A DNA stretch of 64,000 bases from Candidatus Moraniibacteriota bacterium. GTDB lineage: Bacteria > Patescibacteriota > Minisyncoccia > Moranbacterales > GCA-2747515. The translations under genes were made by a program, and so were the position numbers. Location: positions 226,474 to 290,473 of the forward strand of contig CP065011.1 in NCBI GenBank assembly GCA_016699795.1, given 5' to 3'. Positions 45,709 to 55,817 of the stretch are shown here, piece after piece. Positions within the stretch are counted from its first letter, which is position 1, and each line of letters opens with the position of its first letter. The notes beneath the pieces were generated by a model. It was not told where the DNA came from, did not search any database, and worked only from the letters and a program-made list of their open reading frames with translations.

Positions 45709-46050
45709 TTATTTCTTGGTAGACTTTGCTGATTTTGCAGCTTTTGCAGCGTCTAATTCTCTTTGCTTAGCAGCTGTCTCCATTTCTTTTTGAATCTTTC
45801 CTCCATGGCGCAAAAACTTTCTTGTTGGCGAAAATTCACCAAGTTTATGCCCTACCATATCTTCAGAAATGAAAACAGAAATAAAATCTTTACCATTATG
45901 TACACCGAAAACAAAACCTACCATCTCGGGAGTGACTGTTGCTGAACGTGCCCATGTCTTAATCACCGTTTTATCTCCAGCTTTTTTTTCTTTAAGCTTT
46001 CCTATAAGGCGTTGATCAATGTAAGGACCTTTTTTAAGACTTCTACTCAT
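45709..46050 (-). CDS. rpsS: 30S ribosomal protein S19 (with short Ala/Lys-rich tail)
   Basis: [12 protein letters not shown] canonical start. Confidence 0.95.
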   Translation of the reverse strand: MSRSLKKGPYIDQRLIGKLKEKKAGDKTVIKTWARSATVTPEMVGFVFGVHNGKDFISVFISEDMVGHKLGEFSPTRKFLRHGGKIQKEMETAAKQRELDAAKAAKSAKSTKK

Positions 46051-46055
46051 ATACG

Positions 46056-46892
46056 TTATCGTTTTTTACTCCTTCGAGCAAGGATAAATCGGTTACTAAT
46101 ATTCTTCTTCTTTCTCGTTTTCTTACCAAGTGCTGGTCTTCCCCATGGAGTCTTTGGATACTTTAATCCAATTGGCTGACGACCCTCTCCTCCTCCATGT
46201 GGATGATCTACTGGATTCATTGCAGAACCTCTCACAGTTGGCCTTCTTCCTAAATGGCGACTCTTTCCTGCTTTTCCAACTCGAATAGATCCGTGTTCAA
46301 AATTACTCACTTTTCCAATGGTTGCGTAACATTCTTTATTAATAAGACGTGTCTCTCCAGAAGTAAGTTTCAATTGTGCATATTTATCATCAAAACCCAT
46401 AAGTTGCACTTTTGAACCTGCACTTCGTGCCATTTGACCACCCTTTCCAGGAAACATTTCAACATTACATACAAAATAGCCAGAAGGAATATTTTTAAGT
46501 GGCATTCTATTTCCAGGAGCAACTGGTGCGGATTCCCCACACAATAAGGAAGATCCGACTTTCATATCTTCGGTAGCAAGAATATATTTCTTATCACCAT
46601 CTGCATAGAAAACTAAAGCTATAAAAGCACTTCTATTTGGATCTCTTTCAATTTGGACAATTTTTCCCTCTACACCAAATTTTATTTGTCGAAAATCTAT
46701 AACACGATATTTTCTCTTATTTCCTCCTCCTCGATGTCGAACAGATATCTTTCCTCCCGCTCGCCCAGATTTTTTATTAACAACAGCAAGAAGGCTTCGA
46801 ATTGGTTTTGCAACATACGAAACAATCTTCGATCGAACGATCGACATATTGCGTCTTCCTGCCCTGTTTCTATTATATTCAACTATTGCCAT
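46056..46892 (-). CDS. rplB: 50S ribosomal protein L2
   Basis: 278 aa; conserved ...HPHGGGEGR. Confidence 0.95.
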   Translation of the reverse strand: MAIVEYNRNRAGRRNMSIVRSKIVSYVAKPIRSLLAVVNKKSGRAGGKISVRHRGGGNKRKYRVIDFRQIKFGVEGKIVQIERDPNRSAFIALVFYADGDKKYILATEDMKVGSSLLCGESAPVAPGNRMPLKNIPSGYFVCNVEMFPGKGGQMARSAGSKVQLMGFDDKYAQLKLTSGETRLINKECYATIGKVSNFEHGSIRVGKAGKSRHLGRRPTVRGSAMNPVDHPHGGGEGRQPIGLKYPKTPWGRPALGKKTRKKKNISNRFILARRSKKR

Positions 46893-46927
46893 ATCGATTC
46901 TTGTTCTCGATTATATCATTCAAAACT

Positions 46928-47362
46928 TTATGCTCCCTGAAACACTTCTATAGTCTGTCCTTTCCTTAGTGTCACCATCGCTTTCTTGAAATTTCTCGTT
47001 TTTCCTAAAGATCGACCAAATTTTCTCTCTATTCCCTTCTGTCGTATGGTTCGAACAGCTACAACTTTAACGGAATAAAGTTCTTCAACGGCTCGACGAA
47101 TCATTTCTTTATCTGCATCAATTTTTACTTCAAAAACATACGTTCCCTTCTGCGCTAATTCGTGAGATTTTTCTGTAACATAAGGCTTTCTCAGAACGAT
47201 AGAAGATAAAACTCTTCCTGTCTGTCCCTTTATAGCAACATCTTTTTTCTTCTCTTTGTCAGAATTCTTTTTTGAAGATTTTGTTTTTGAAGATTTCAAT
47301 GAAGAAATATCTTCTTTCACAATTTCTTTCTTTCGTTTCGTTAAAAGCGCCATACGCAACAC
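46928..47362 (-). CDS. rplW: 50S ribosomal protein L23 with N-terminal K/S-rich extension
   Basis: L23 core YVFEVKIDADKEMIRRAVEELYSVKV after a 50-aa basic N-terminus. Confidence 0.85.
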   Translation of the reverse strand: MLRMALLTKRKKEIVKEDISSLKSSKTKSSKKNSDKEKKKDVAIKGQTGRVLSSIVLRKPYVTEKSHELAQKGTYVFEVKIDADKEMIRRAVEELYSVKVVAVRTIRQKGIERKFGRSLGKTRNFKKAMVTLRKGQTIEVFQGA

Positions 47363-47365
47363 TCA

Positions 47366-47995
47366 TTATTTAATCAATCGTTCTTGAAGCGCTTCAAGAG
47401 CTTCCTTACTAAGTACACAAAAATTGGAATGTAGAGCATCTATAATATTCATATCAGAAACTTCTTTAGAAGAAGCGGATGAAATATTCGAAATTGCTCG
47501 CTTAGTTTCAACTTCTTGAGAAGACAAACCGATAAAAATATTTCCTGTAAGAGATAAAGAATTCATCATTAAAATAATATTCTTCGTTTTCAATTCTTCA
47601 AGAATCAAAGAGTCTACAACAACAAGAAGATTTTTTCTTATCTTTTCACTCAAAACTACTCTCAAAGCGCATCTCCTCATAGAAACACTTATTCTTCCAG
47701 AATAATTTCTATCTTTTGTCGGTCCAAATACAACACCACCTTTTCGCCAAACAGGCGTTCGCACAGAACCAACTCGTGCACGTCCAGTACCTTTCTGCTT
47801 CCAAGGTTTTTTACCAGATCCAGCTCTTTCACCACGATCTTTTGTGTGAGCATGTCCACTTCGAGAATTTGCTCTCAAAACATCATATACTTGCTTTATA
47901 AGAGCCTCGTTCATAGGAATATCAAAAACTTGATCCATGACATCCATCATTTCTTTTTTCTCACCTTTCTGATTGTAAACTGCTACACTTGCCAT
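47366..47995 (-). CDS. rplD: 50S ribosomal protein L4
   Basis: 209 aa; operon position; GTGRAR motif. Confidence 0.9.
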   Translation of the reverse strand: MASVAVYNQKGEKKEMMDVMDQVFDIPMNEALIKQVYDVLRANSRSGHAHTKDRGERAGSGKKPWKQKGTGRARVGSVRTPVWRKGGVVFGPTKDRNYSGRISVSMRRCALRVVLSEKIRKNLLVVVDSLILEELKTKNIILMMNSLSLTGNIFIGLSSQEVETKRAISNISSASSKEVSDMNIIDALHSNFCVLSKEALEALQERLIK

Positions 47996-48014
47996 ACATT
48001 TATTGATTTCATGT

Positions 48015-48581
48015 TCACTTTGATACTATTTCAACAATGGAACCTATCTTTCCCGGAACGGCACCTCGAACGGCTAATAAACCCTTTGTTGAATCAATGA
48101 ATACTACATCCAATCCTTTCATCGTTGATCGAGTACCTCCCATTCGTCCACCCATTCTCTTTCCTTTAAAGACATGCTCAGGAAATGAAGCCCCGATAGA
48201 TCCAGGAGCTCTCCAATCATGTTTTCGTCCATGTGTTTTTGGTGATCCTTTAAAACCATGTCTTTTTACAACACCTTGGAATCCTTTCGCTTTTGTTATA
48301 CCTGAAACAGAAACTTCATCTCCGACTTCGAAAATACTAACATCCATTTTTGCTCCAACTTCAACAGAGATAGCTTCTTTTTCTTGTATACGAAACTCTT
48401 TTCGGAAAAAATTCTTTTTTACAGGAACTTCCATCTGAACAGCTTGGTATCCGTCTCTTTCTTTATTACGAACAATAGTAACTTCATTGATTTCACAAGA
48501 AAGAAGCGTAACATTTAAAGCGCCTTTTCCTTCATCATAAAGCGTTGTCATTCCTAATTTTTTTCCCAACAAATATTTCAT
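48015..48581 (-). CDS. rplC: 50S ribosomal protein L3
   Basis: MKYLLGKKLGMTTLYDE canonical start. Confidence 0.9.
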   Translation of the reverse strand: MKYLLGKKLGMTTLYDEGKGALNVTLLSCEINEVTIVRNKERDGYQAVQMEVPVKKNFFRKEFRIQEKEAISVEVGAKMDVSIFEVGDEVSVSGITKAKGFQGVVKRHGFKGSPKTHGRKHDWRAPGSIGASFPEHVFKGKRMGGRMGGTRSTMKGLDVVFIDSTKGLLAVRGAVPGKIGSIVEIVSK

Positions 48582-48823
48582 ACTTTCGATACGTAAATTG
48601 TTCCTTTTCAATTCTTTAGTATTTCGGAGATTATTCTTTATAAAGACAAATAAAAAACCGGTTTACACCAGTCTTTCATCATACATCTTTTATGATGATG
48701 AATCCCTGGCTAGTTCAGTTTCCTTATAATTACTTCAGGACTTAAACTAGTTTCCTTTCAAAAAATTTATCTTCAAACAACTGCCAATTTCTAAATTCTA
48801 CTTTCTCTCAAAAATCAATGATA

Positions 48824-49153
48824 CTACATCTTAATCTCTATGTCTACACCCGCAGGGAGATTGATATTTGTAAGAGCATCAATCGTCTTTGGATTTGGAG
48901 ATAATATATCAATCAATCTCTTGTGAACTCTCATCTCATACTGATCGCGCGCATTCTTATGTACAAAAGTTGATCGATTTACCGTCACCTTATGAATTTC
49001 TGTAGGTAAAGGTATCGGCCCACCAATAGTAGAACCTGCACGTTCAGCTGTTTCAACGATCTTTCTTGTAGATTGATCGATGATCTTACTGTCATACGCC
49101 TTTATTCGTATTCGAATCTTAGGCTCTTGCTCTGTGTCATTCTTCTTGTTCAT
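48824..49153 (-). CDS. rpsJ: 30S ribosomal protein S10
   Basis: [10 protein letters not shown]...[14 protein letters not shown] signature. Confidence 0.95.
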   Translation of the reverse strand: MNKKNDTEQEPKIRIRIKAYDSKIIDQSTRKIVETAERAGSTIGGPIPLPTEIHKVTVNRSTFVHKNARDQYEMRVHKRLIDILSPNPKTIDALTNINLPAGVDIEIKM

Positions 49154-49237
49154 GAAAACCACTTTAAACCATTAAGAGGAAACTTGTCAACACCACTCGA
49201 TTCTAACGTAGTGATGTTGACTCTTTCTTCGTAATAT

Positions 49238-50431
49238 TTACTTAGAAATCTTTGTTACAGCACCAGCACCAACAGTTCTTCCTCCTTCACGAATAGCGAA
49301 TCTCATTCCTTCTTCCATTGCTACAGGAGCACCAAGAACGATATCAAGAGTTACGGTATCTCCAGGCATAACCATTTCAATTCCTTCAGGAAGTTTAACT
49401 TCACCCGTAACATCTGTAGTTCGAATATAAAATTGAGGTTTATACCCTTTGATGAATGGTGTGTGACGTCCACCTTCTTCTTTGCTCAAAATATACACTT
49501 GAGCTGAAAATTCAACGTGAGGAGTGATAGATCCGGGTTTAGCCAAAACTTGTCCACGTTCTACATCTTCCTTTTTAATACCTCGTATAAGGAGTCCAGC
49601 ATTATCTCCTGACTGTCCTCTATCGAGAGATTTGTTAAACATTTCAATTCCAGTAACAACTGTTTTTTGAGTAGGATGAATACCAACAATTTCAACTTCT
49701 TCGTTAATATTAACAACTCCTCGTTCAATACGACCAGTTACCACTGTTCCACGACCTGCAATCGAAAAAATATCTTCGATAGGCATAAGAAAAGGTTTCT
49801 CCATATCACGAATTGGATCTGGAATTTTTTCATCCACTGCAGAAATAAGATCCCAAATAGGTTTTGCAGATTCATCAGTATCAGAAGTTGCTTCCAAAGC
49901 TTTTAAGGCACTTCCTCGGACGATTATAGCATTATCTCCATCAAACTCATATTTGGAAAGCAATTCTCTCACTTCAGCCTCAACGAGATCAATCAATTCT
50001 GGATCATCTACCATGTCAACTTTATTGAGGAAAACTACTATTTCAGGAACACCTACTTGACGAGCAAGAAGAATGTGTTCTCGAGTTTGAGGCATAGGTC
50101 CATCTGTAGCGCTTACTACCAAAATAGCACCATCCATCTGAGCAGCTCCTGTTATCATGTTCTTGATATAGTCAGCATGACCTGGACAATCAACGTGAGC
50201 ATAGTGACGAATTTCAGATTCATATTCACAATGAGCTGTTGCAATGGTAATACCTCTTTCTCTTTCTTCTGGTGCATTATCAATATCTTCGACTTTTCTT
50301 GCTTTTGCTTGTCCTCGAAGACTCAACACATGAAGGATAGCTGCGGTAAGAGTTGTCTTCCCATGGTCTACATGACCAATGGTTCCAATATTTACATGAG
50401 CTTTACTTCGATCAAACTTTTCTACTGCCAT
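49238..50431 (-). CDS. tuf: elongation factor Tu
   Basis: G1 [10 protein letters not shown]3 DCPGH, G4 NKVD; start at [17 protein letters not shown]. Confidence 0.97.
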   Translation of the reverse strand: MAVEKFDRSKAHVNIGTIGHVDHGKTTLTAAILHVLSLRGQAKARKVEDIDNAPEERERGITIATAHCEYESEIRHYAHVDCPGHADYIKNMITGAAQMDGAILVVSATDGPMPQTREHILLARQVGVPEIVVFLNKVDMVDDPELIDLVEAEVRELLSKYEFDGDNAIIVRGSALKALEATSDTDESAKPIWDLISAVDEKIPDPIRDMEKPFLMPIEDIFSIAGRGTVVTGRIERGVVNINEEVEIVGIHPTQKTVVTGIEMFNKSLDRGQSGDNAGLLIRGIKKEDVERGQVLAKPGSITPHVEFSAQVYILSKEEGGRHTPFIKGYKPQFYIRTTDVTGEVKLPEGIEMVMPGDTVTLDIVLGAPVAMEEGMRFAIREGGRTVGAGAVTKISK

Positions 50432-50601
50432 ACTTTTTTTCCTCGTGTATACGGTGAAATACAAACTTTCACTGCATACCGATACTTATTTTTACATTAT
50501 TTTAAGAGCACCTCTTTGACTTATAAAATAAACATTTGAATATTTAGCTTCGATATAAACAAAGAAAACACCGAATTAAATATATCGCCTTAACGCCGTG
50601 A

Positions 50602-50631
50602 ATGATAACAATTCTTTTTTTTAATGTCAAG
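50602..50631 (-). promoter_or_regulatory. candidate promoter for tuf (minus-strand TTGACA-18 nt-TATCAT)
   Basis: Reverse complement of tgtcaa at 50626-50631 and of atgata at 50602-50607; about 170 nt upstream of tuf. Confidence 0.25.
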
Positions 50632-50791
50632 ATGAATTTGTATGTAAATAATTTATAAATTCTAAAGAAAAAACATAAGGAATTTTAAAAAACTTGAAAC
50701 GAGTTTTAAAATCTTATCTTTTTACTCAAAAAAATAATTACACCCCCCTCATATTCATCTCATCTAAAAAGTAAAAGTTACTCTTTATTTT

Positions 50792-52744
50792 TTATTTCAT
50801 TTCAATATGTATACGAGAAGGAATTGAAGATATTCGAGGAAAGAGGAATGTTGGTTCTGCGGGGGTTCGAGTAATATCAATTTTTTCTATTACTCCAGCA
50901 TATTCCATTCTGAGTATTTCCACCACTTCATCAGGTTTTTTTGAAACAACTTCTTGGATAAATTTATCTTTTTCTACAGAAGCCTTCCAATTAACATTTC
51001 CCAAAGCTTTAAATTTTAATATTTCCTTCTCAGTTTCAAATAATATTTCTCCATATTTTATATTATAATCTTCAGGAATCCATGAAACACCTTCTTGTAT
51101 TTTCATATCCTTTGCCACTCGAGATTCAAATTCTTGCCAAACATATTTCTCAAGATCTTTCGTTCGTATAGCTTGTATTTGAATACGTGCCGTCATAGAA
51201 TATTCAAAATTTTTAGCAACTGTGTTTTCACCAGGAAAGGCCTGCGCATCTTCGATCGACACTTTCATTGCCTCTGGAAAAACAGTCCAACCCTCACCCG
51301 AACTTTCTTGTATTCTCTTAAAAGCTTCTTCTTTCACCTTTACTTCCATACTCAAACGAGCCTTTTCCACATCTAAAGAAGAAACGAGAAATATCTCCGA
51401 GCCACTTTTTCCTCCTCCTGTAAAAGAATCTTCAGATTTTGCATAAAAATATTCATATTTTGGAGTCCCTTTCAAGCCAGGAATAGTGAATCGAGAAGGT
51501 TCTTTATTATAAGACTCCCCAGGACCGTCAGCACGAACCTCAACTTCTACTTTTCCTGGAACAATCTCACCATTTTCCGTTTTCTTTCCTGGAACGACAA
51601 CACTTTGAACTGTTCTATATACTTTTTCATCCTCTGAAAGTATTCTTGTTGTTGCAACAAGAACCTGAGATTGTTCGCTATATTCATTATAAATTGTCAC
51701 CAAACCTCCTGATTTTTGAACATTAGAACCAGACCCACCTGTCGCAGGAAATGATTCCGTTAATGTTACTGTCTCAAAAAAAGTTTCTGTTCGAATTTCT
51801 TGATCTTTTCCAGAAGCTGAGAGAGTAATAGGCATTTCTCCTGAAGATGAAACTCGGAGCATATTCAAGACCAAAGTAGCTTCTGGAAGATATTTCCATG
51901 AAAAAAATCCTCCAGTAGCAAGAAGTGTTACTAAAATAAAAATTGCAATCCAAGTAAAAAATGATTTCTTTTTTTCTCTAGGAACATAATTCCTTTCTTT
52001 TTTCTTTTCTTGAAAATCCTCAGTGGGAACTTCAGAATCTTGTTGAAAAGATCCGTATTCTCTCTGATGTAAATTTTCTCTCCCATAAAACTCTTCTATT
52101 TTTTCCCGATTATGGAAATCTGGAACGACTTCAAAAGAATTGTTATTCTCTTTTGGAAAGTCCTTCATCGAATTCATAGAAAGATTTAATGCTGGGTCTT
52201 CAATAGTTTCTTCTTGTTTTTCATTAGAAACAATTTCTTGTTCTTTTGAAGATTTAATTGTTTGTTTTTTTCTCTTTTTAAGAATATTTTTCATCAATCG
52301 AATACTATTTGAGATAGATTTTGTTTCATTTTTATCTTTCTCAGGTTCTTGAAAATCTAAAGAGGAAGAAAAATTTTCTTGTTCATGAGTCAAAGAAAAA
52401 TCCTCTTCAAAAGAATCTTTCATTTCTAAGGGTGATAGAATCTGCGCATCTTGAGGAGATACTCGCAAAGCACCTGATTGCTGAAGTTGAATAAGATAAG
52501 AATATGGCTGTGTTTCTATCCCCGCCCTTCGAGCATACGCTTCTCCTCGAGCGTCCTGTGTTATTATGGCAAAATATTTTCCAGCCCGATCAAGCTCTCT
52601 TTTGAGTAAATAGAGATTAGTCAAACTTTCCAAAATAATCGATCGTTGCGGTACAGCTAAAACAATATTTTTTCCATCCGAACGTTTCGCTCTACTTATG
52701 AGCGACATTATCTCTTCGTCTGGATTTATGTGAATAATCAACAT
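50792..52744 (-). CDS. hypothetical single-pass (bitopic) membrane protein: about 90-aa cytoplasmic domain, long acidic/K-rich low-complexity linker, TM helix, about 380-aa extracellular beta-rich domain; located immediately downstream of ftsA
   Basis: 650-aa ORF. TM segment FFTWIAIFILVTLLATGGFFSW around residue 265. No GGGTGSG tubulin motif, so it is not FtsZ. Confidence 0.6.
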   Translation of the reverse strand: MLIIHINPDEEIMSLISRAKRSDGKNIVLAVPQRSIILESLTNLYLLKRELDRAGKYFAIITQDARGEAYARRAGIETQPYSYLIQLQQSGALRVSPQDAQILSPLEMKDSFEEDFSLTHEQENFSSSLDFQEPEKDKNETKSISNSIRLMKNILKKRKKQTIKSSKEQEIVSNEKQEETIEDPALNLSMNSMKDFPKENNNSFEVVPDFHNREKIEEFYGRENLHQREYGSFQQDSEVPTEDFQEKKKERNYVPREKKKSFFTWIAIFILVTLLATGGFFSWKYLPEATLVLNMLRVSSSGEMPITLSASGKDQEIRTETFFETVTLTESFPATGGSGSNVQKSGGLVTIYNEYSEQSQVLVATTRILSEDEKVYRTVQSVVVPGKKTENGEIVPGKVEVEVRADGPGESYNKEPSRFTIPGLKGTPKYEYFYAKSEDSFTGGGKSGSEIFLVSSLDVEKARLSMEVKVKEEAFKRIQESSGEGWTVFPEAMKVSIEDAQAFPGENTVAKNFEYSMTARIQIQAIRTKDLEKYVWQEFESRVAKDMKIQEGVSWIPEDYNIKYGEILFETEKEILKFKALGNVNWKASVEKDKFIQEVVSKKPDEVVEILRMEYAGVIEKIDITRTPAEPTFLFPRISSIPSRIHIEMK

Positions 52745-52756
52745 ATCAAAATAAAA

Positions 52757-54034
52757 TCAAGAAATATTTTTTGCTGTACGTCGGAGTATATTAGAAAGCA
52801 TTTTTTCCTCCAGTAACATTTCAATCATAAGATTAGCCAGAGCAAGGGGTGTTACATCTTGTGATGAAGTTAATTTTTTCGTCATATCTTTCATTCGAGA
52901 AACATGTTCTGGAAGAAGATAGGTAACCTCCACATCAGGAGAAAAAAATAATTCATTTTTCCACTCTTCTCTTCTCATAGATGTTTCCATTTCAGGAATA
53001 GACACACCTCCCCCACAAAGGAGAATGCGCTTTGGTAAAACATCCGTTTTAAGAAATTCACCCAAAGATATCTCTAATCCCCCTAACCATATATTCACAT
53101 CCTCTTTCATAATTTCATGGACAGAATCAGGATTTATTCTTTCATGTTCCCATTTCTTTCCTGAAGTATAAAAAAGTTTCAATCTTTCTGCCTCCTCAAA
53201 AGAAATTTGAAATTCATATGCAAGATGTTTTGTGAAAGAATGCCCTCCAATAGCAAACATTTTCGTTCCCTCAAGTCCTCCATTACGAACCACTGCTATA
53301 TCTGTGGTCCCTCCTCCAACATCCACAAATACTGCCTGAAAATCTCTATCATCTTCAGAAGAAAATATTCTTGAAACAGCATATGGCTCCGCAACAATAC
53401 TCAAAGACGAAATACCCAATTCATCCGCAATTGTTTCCAAAGCACCAAGATGTATCACCGGAGAATAAGCATTAAATATACTTATAGAAACATTCTTTCC
53501 TTGAAAGCCCACAGGATTACTTACCTTATATCCATCTATACGAACATTTACTACTGCAGCATTAATAAGTTTTATATCCACTGCTTTTTGTTCTGTTTCC
53601 CATTCCAATTGATTCTGAATACGTTCAAATGCCTTTAGTTGAACTTGTCGCATGATTTCTTTCAATTCTGAAATTTCAATTTTAGTATCAGGACGACTCC
53701 TCTCATAGTGAACAGTCATGGTCGTTCCTCGAACGAGCTCTCCGGCAATTCCTAATATCGCACGATCAATATGTTTCGTTCGAGATGCTTTAAGCGCTTC
53801 GTTAAGAGCACATCGGGATGTCTCTAATACACCCTCGATATTTACGATACCTCCACTCAACATATCTCCGGCTCTTTGTTGTTTTTTCCCAACGCCGATG
53901 ACATATCCGCGCTGTTCCTTTTTGTCAAAACGAAAAATTAAAGCCTTTACAACATCAGTTCCAATATCAAGAGCCAGATATCGTTTATTACTTTCTGAAG
54001 AATGAAATATATTTATATTTTCTAAAAAAGACAT
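52757..54034 (-). CDS. ftsA: cell division protein FtsA (actin-like ATPase)
   Basis: LALDIGTDVVKALIF phosphate-1; VDVGGGTTDIAVV phosphate-2; LCGGGVSIP adenosine motif; 425 aa. Confidence 0.8.
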   Translation of the reverse strand: MSFLENINIFHSSESNKRYLALDIGTDVVKALIFRFDKKEQRGYVIGVGKKQQRAGDMLSGGIVNIEGVLETSRCALNEALKASRTKHIDRAILGIAGELVRGTTMTVHYERSRPDTKIEISELKEIMRQVQLKAFERIQNQLEWETEQKAVDIKLINAAVVNVRIDGYKVSNPVGFQGKNVSISIFNAYSPVIHLGALETIADELGISSLSIVAEPYAVSRIFSSEDDRDFQAVFVDVGGGTTDIAVVRNGGLEGTKMFAIGGHSFTKHLAYEFQISFEEAERLKLFYTSGKKWEHERINPDSVHEIMKEDVNIWLGGLEISLGEFLKTDVLPKRILLCGGGVSIPEMETSMRREEWKNELFFSPDVEVTYLLPEHVSRMKDMTKKLTSSQDVTPLALANLMIEMLLEEKMLSNILRRTAKNIS

Positions 54035-54081
54035 ACGTCAAGTATACCATATCGTACAAAAAAATAGAACGTTTCATTTTT

Positions 54082-55116
54082 CTATTCTGCACATTTTAAA
54101 ACATGAGCAACTTCTTCTATTTTACTTCTTGATAATAATCCTTCTTTTCCACCATAATGTCGTATAACATTTGTTGCGTTGGCTATTCCCCAAGACAGTG
54201 CTTCTCCGGTACTACGATCAAGAAATATTGCTCCCAAAAAACCACTTGTAAATGCATCTCCAGCACCCGTTGAATCTACAACAGAATCTGTCATATTTTT
54301 TCTACAACGAAAAACCGAATCTACATTTCGATCGTACACCCAAGCCCCACGAGATCCATCTGTTATAACCACAAAATGAGCATTTCCAGCGAGCGCAATA
54401 ATGAGAGAAAGATATTCCTCACTTTCAATTCGAGAGACATCAAGAGATACATTCAAATTATCTTTTTTAGAAACAAGGGCAAGAAGCTCCATAGCTTCAT
54501 CTTTATTCAAAAAAATTCCCTTTGATTCACGACAAATAGCCCATACGGTTTCCGCATCTTCATGAATATTATTTTGACTTGGATTATAATAGAGAGAAAG
54601 ATCTTTTTCTTTTGAAAGGGTAAGTATTTTTTCTATTGGAGCCTTCCATTCTCCATAAAGTCCTCCTACAAAAATTGATTGCCCTTGATGAAAAACACTA
54701 TCTGGAATTTCCAGACATTCATTAGCATCTCTATTATAAAAGATAGTTCTCTCTCCTGTTTGTTCATCGATAATAATAGCACCGAGATCTGTTTTTCGGT
54801 CAGGAAGTCTTTGGATAAATGATGTGTCTACGCCCGTCTTTCGAATTTCTTGAAGTAGTAAATCTCCAAGAGTATCTTTTCCTACATTAGAAATTAAAAT
54901 AGAATGAATACCCAAAAGAGCCAAACCTTGAGAAACGTTTGTTGCACATCCACCAGGAGCTTCAAAACGATTTTCTGCTCGATATTTTGCTCCGACTTCA
55001 AAAACCATTTTTTGTTTAGAAAGCATTTCTTTGGGCGTATGTACAATGGAAAGATCTTTATAAGGAAAAAAGACATCCTGTGACAAAGATCCGATACAAA
55101 CTATTTCTTTTACCAT
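54082..55116 (-). CDS. PfkB-family carbohydrate kinase (ribokinase-like)
   Basis: C-terminal DSTGAGDAFTSGFL is the PfkB signature 2. Confidence 0.8.
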   Translation of the reverse strand: MVKEIVCIGSLSQDVFFPYKDLSIVHTPKEMLSKQKMVFEVGAKYRAENRFEAPGGCATNVSQGLALLGIHSILISNVGKDTLGDLLLQEIRKTGVDTSFIQRLPDRKTDLGAIIIDEQTGERTIFYNRDANECLEIPDSVFHQGQSIFVGGLYGEWKAPIEKILTLSKEKDLSLYYNPSQNNIHEDAETVWAICRESKGIFLNKDEAMELLALVSKKDNLNVSLDVSRIESEEYLSLIIALAGNAHFVVITDGSRGAWVYDRNVDSVFRCRKNMTDSVVDSTGAGDAFTSGFLGAIFLDRSTGEALSWGIANATNVIRHYGGKEGLLSRSKIEEVAHVLKCAE

Positions 55117-55221
55117 ATATTCTTTATATTTACACTATCTTCTTTTTTCTATTATAAAACACCAGAAACAATATGCAAGAATACCTTTTTATTTCACCAT
55201 AAAAATAAAAATCTTTATTCA

Positions 55222-55806
55222 TTACTTATTTAAACCTATTAAATAAACTTTTTGTAACCACAATTCTTTCTTTTTAGAAGAAGCAGAAAGAACAGATCCA
55301 AAATAATTTTTATAAATCGGTTGTATTCCACAAAAACCTAAAGTTCCTTTCATCATTTTATAACTAGGATCTCCAACAAACCACCAATAATACCAAGAAG
55401 GAGAATCCATAGTAGTAAAAAGTTGAGCTGTTTTCCCTTTCAAAAGTTTATCCCATCTTGGAATTATTCCTTTAGATTTTTTGTACGAGAAAGCAAATCC
55501 TGATTGAAAAACAGATTCAAAAAAAACTTTAAGTAATGCTGGAGGTGTAGCCCACCAAATTGGGTAAACAAAAACTAAATAATCCGCCCAAGAAATAAGA
55601 GATTGAATATTTTTAAGGTCTTCAGGAAGTTCAATTTTTTCTTTATATTCACATCTCAAAAAATTTTCAAGAGAAGAAAGATCTCTTAATTCAATAGTTC
55701 TTACTTCATTACCAGCATCTTTTGCTCCCTGCACATAAGAATTACAAAGAGCATGGCAGAAACTCTCTTTTCTAGGATGAGCCATGAAAACAACTATTTT
55801 TTTCAT
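55222..55806 (-). CDS. flavodoxin-like NAD(P)H-dependent oxidoreductase (FMN reductase/quinone reductase family)
   Basis: MKKIVVFMAHPRKESFCHAL N-terminus is typical of the NAD(P)H dehydrogenase (quinone)/MdaB-like fold. Confidence 0.65.
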   Translation of the reverse strand: MKKIVVFMAHPRKESFCHALCNSYVQGAKDAGNEVRTIELRDLSSLENFLRCEYKEKIELPEDLKNIQSLISWADYLVFVYPIWWATPPALLKVFFESVFQSGFAFSYKKSKGIIPRWDKLLKGKTAQLFTTMDSPSWYYWWFVGDPSYKMMKGTLGFCGIQPIYKNYFGSVLSASSKKKELWLQKVYLIGLNK

Positions 55807-55817
55807 AAGGAGACTCT

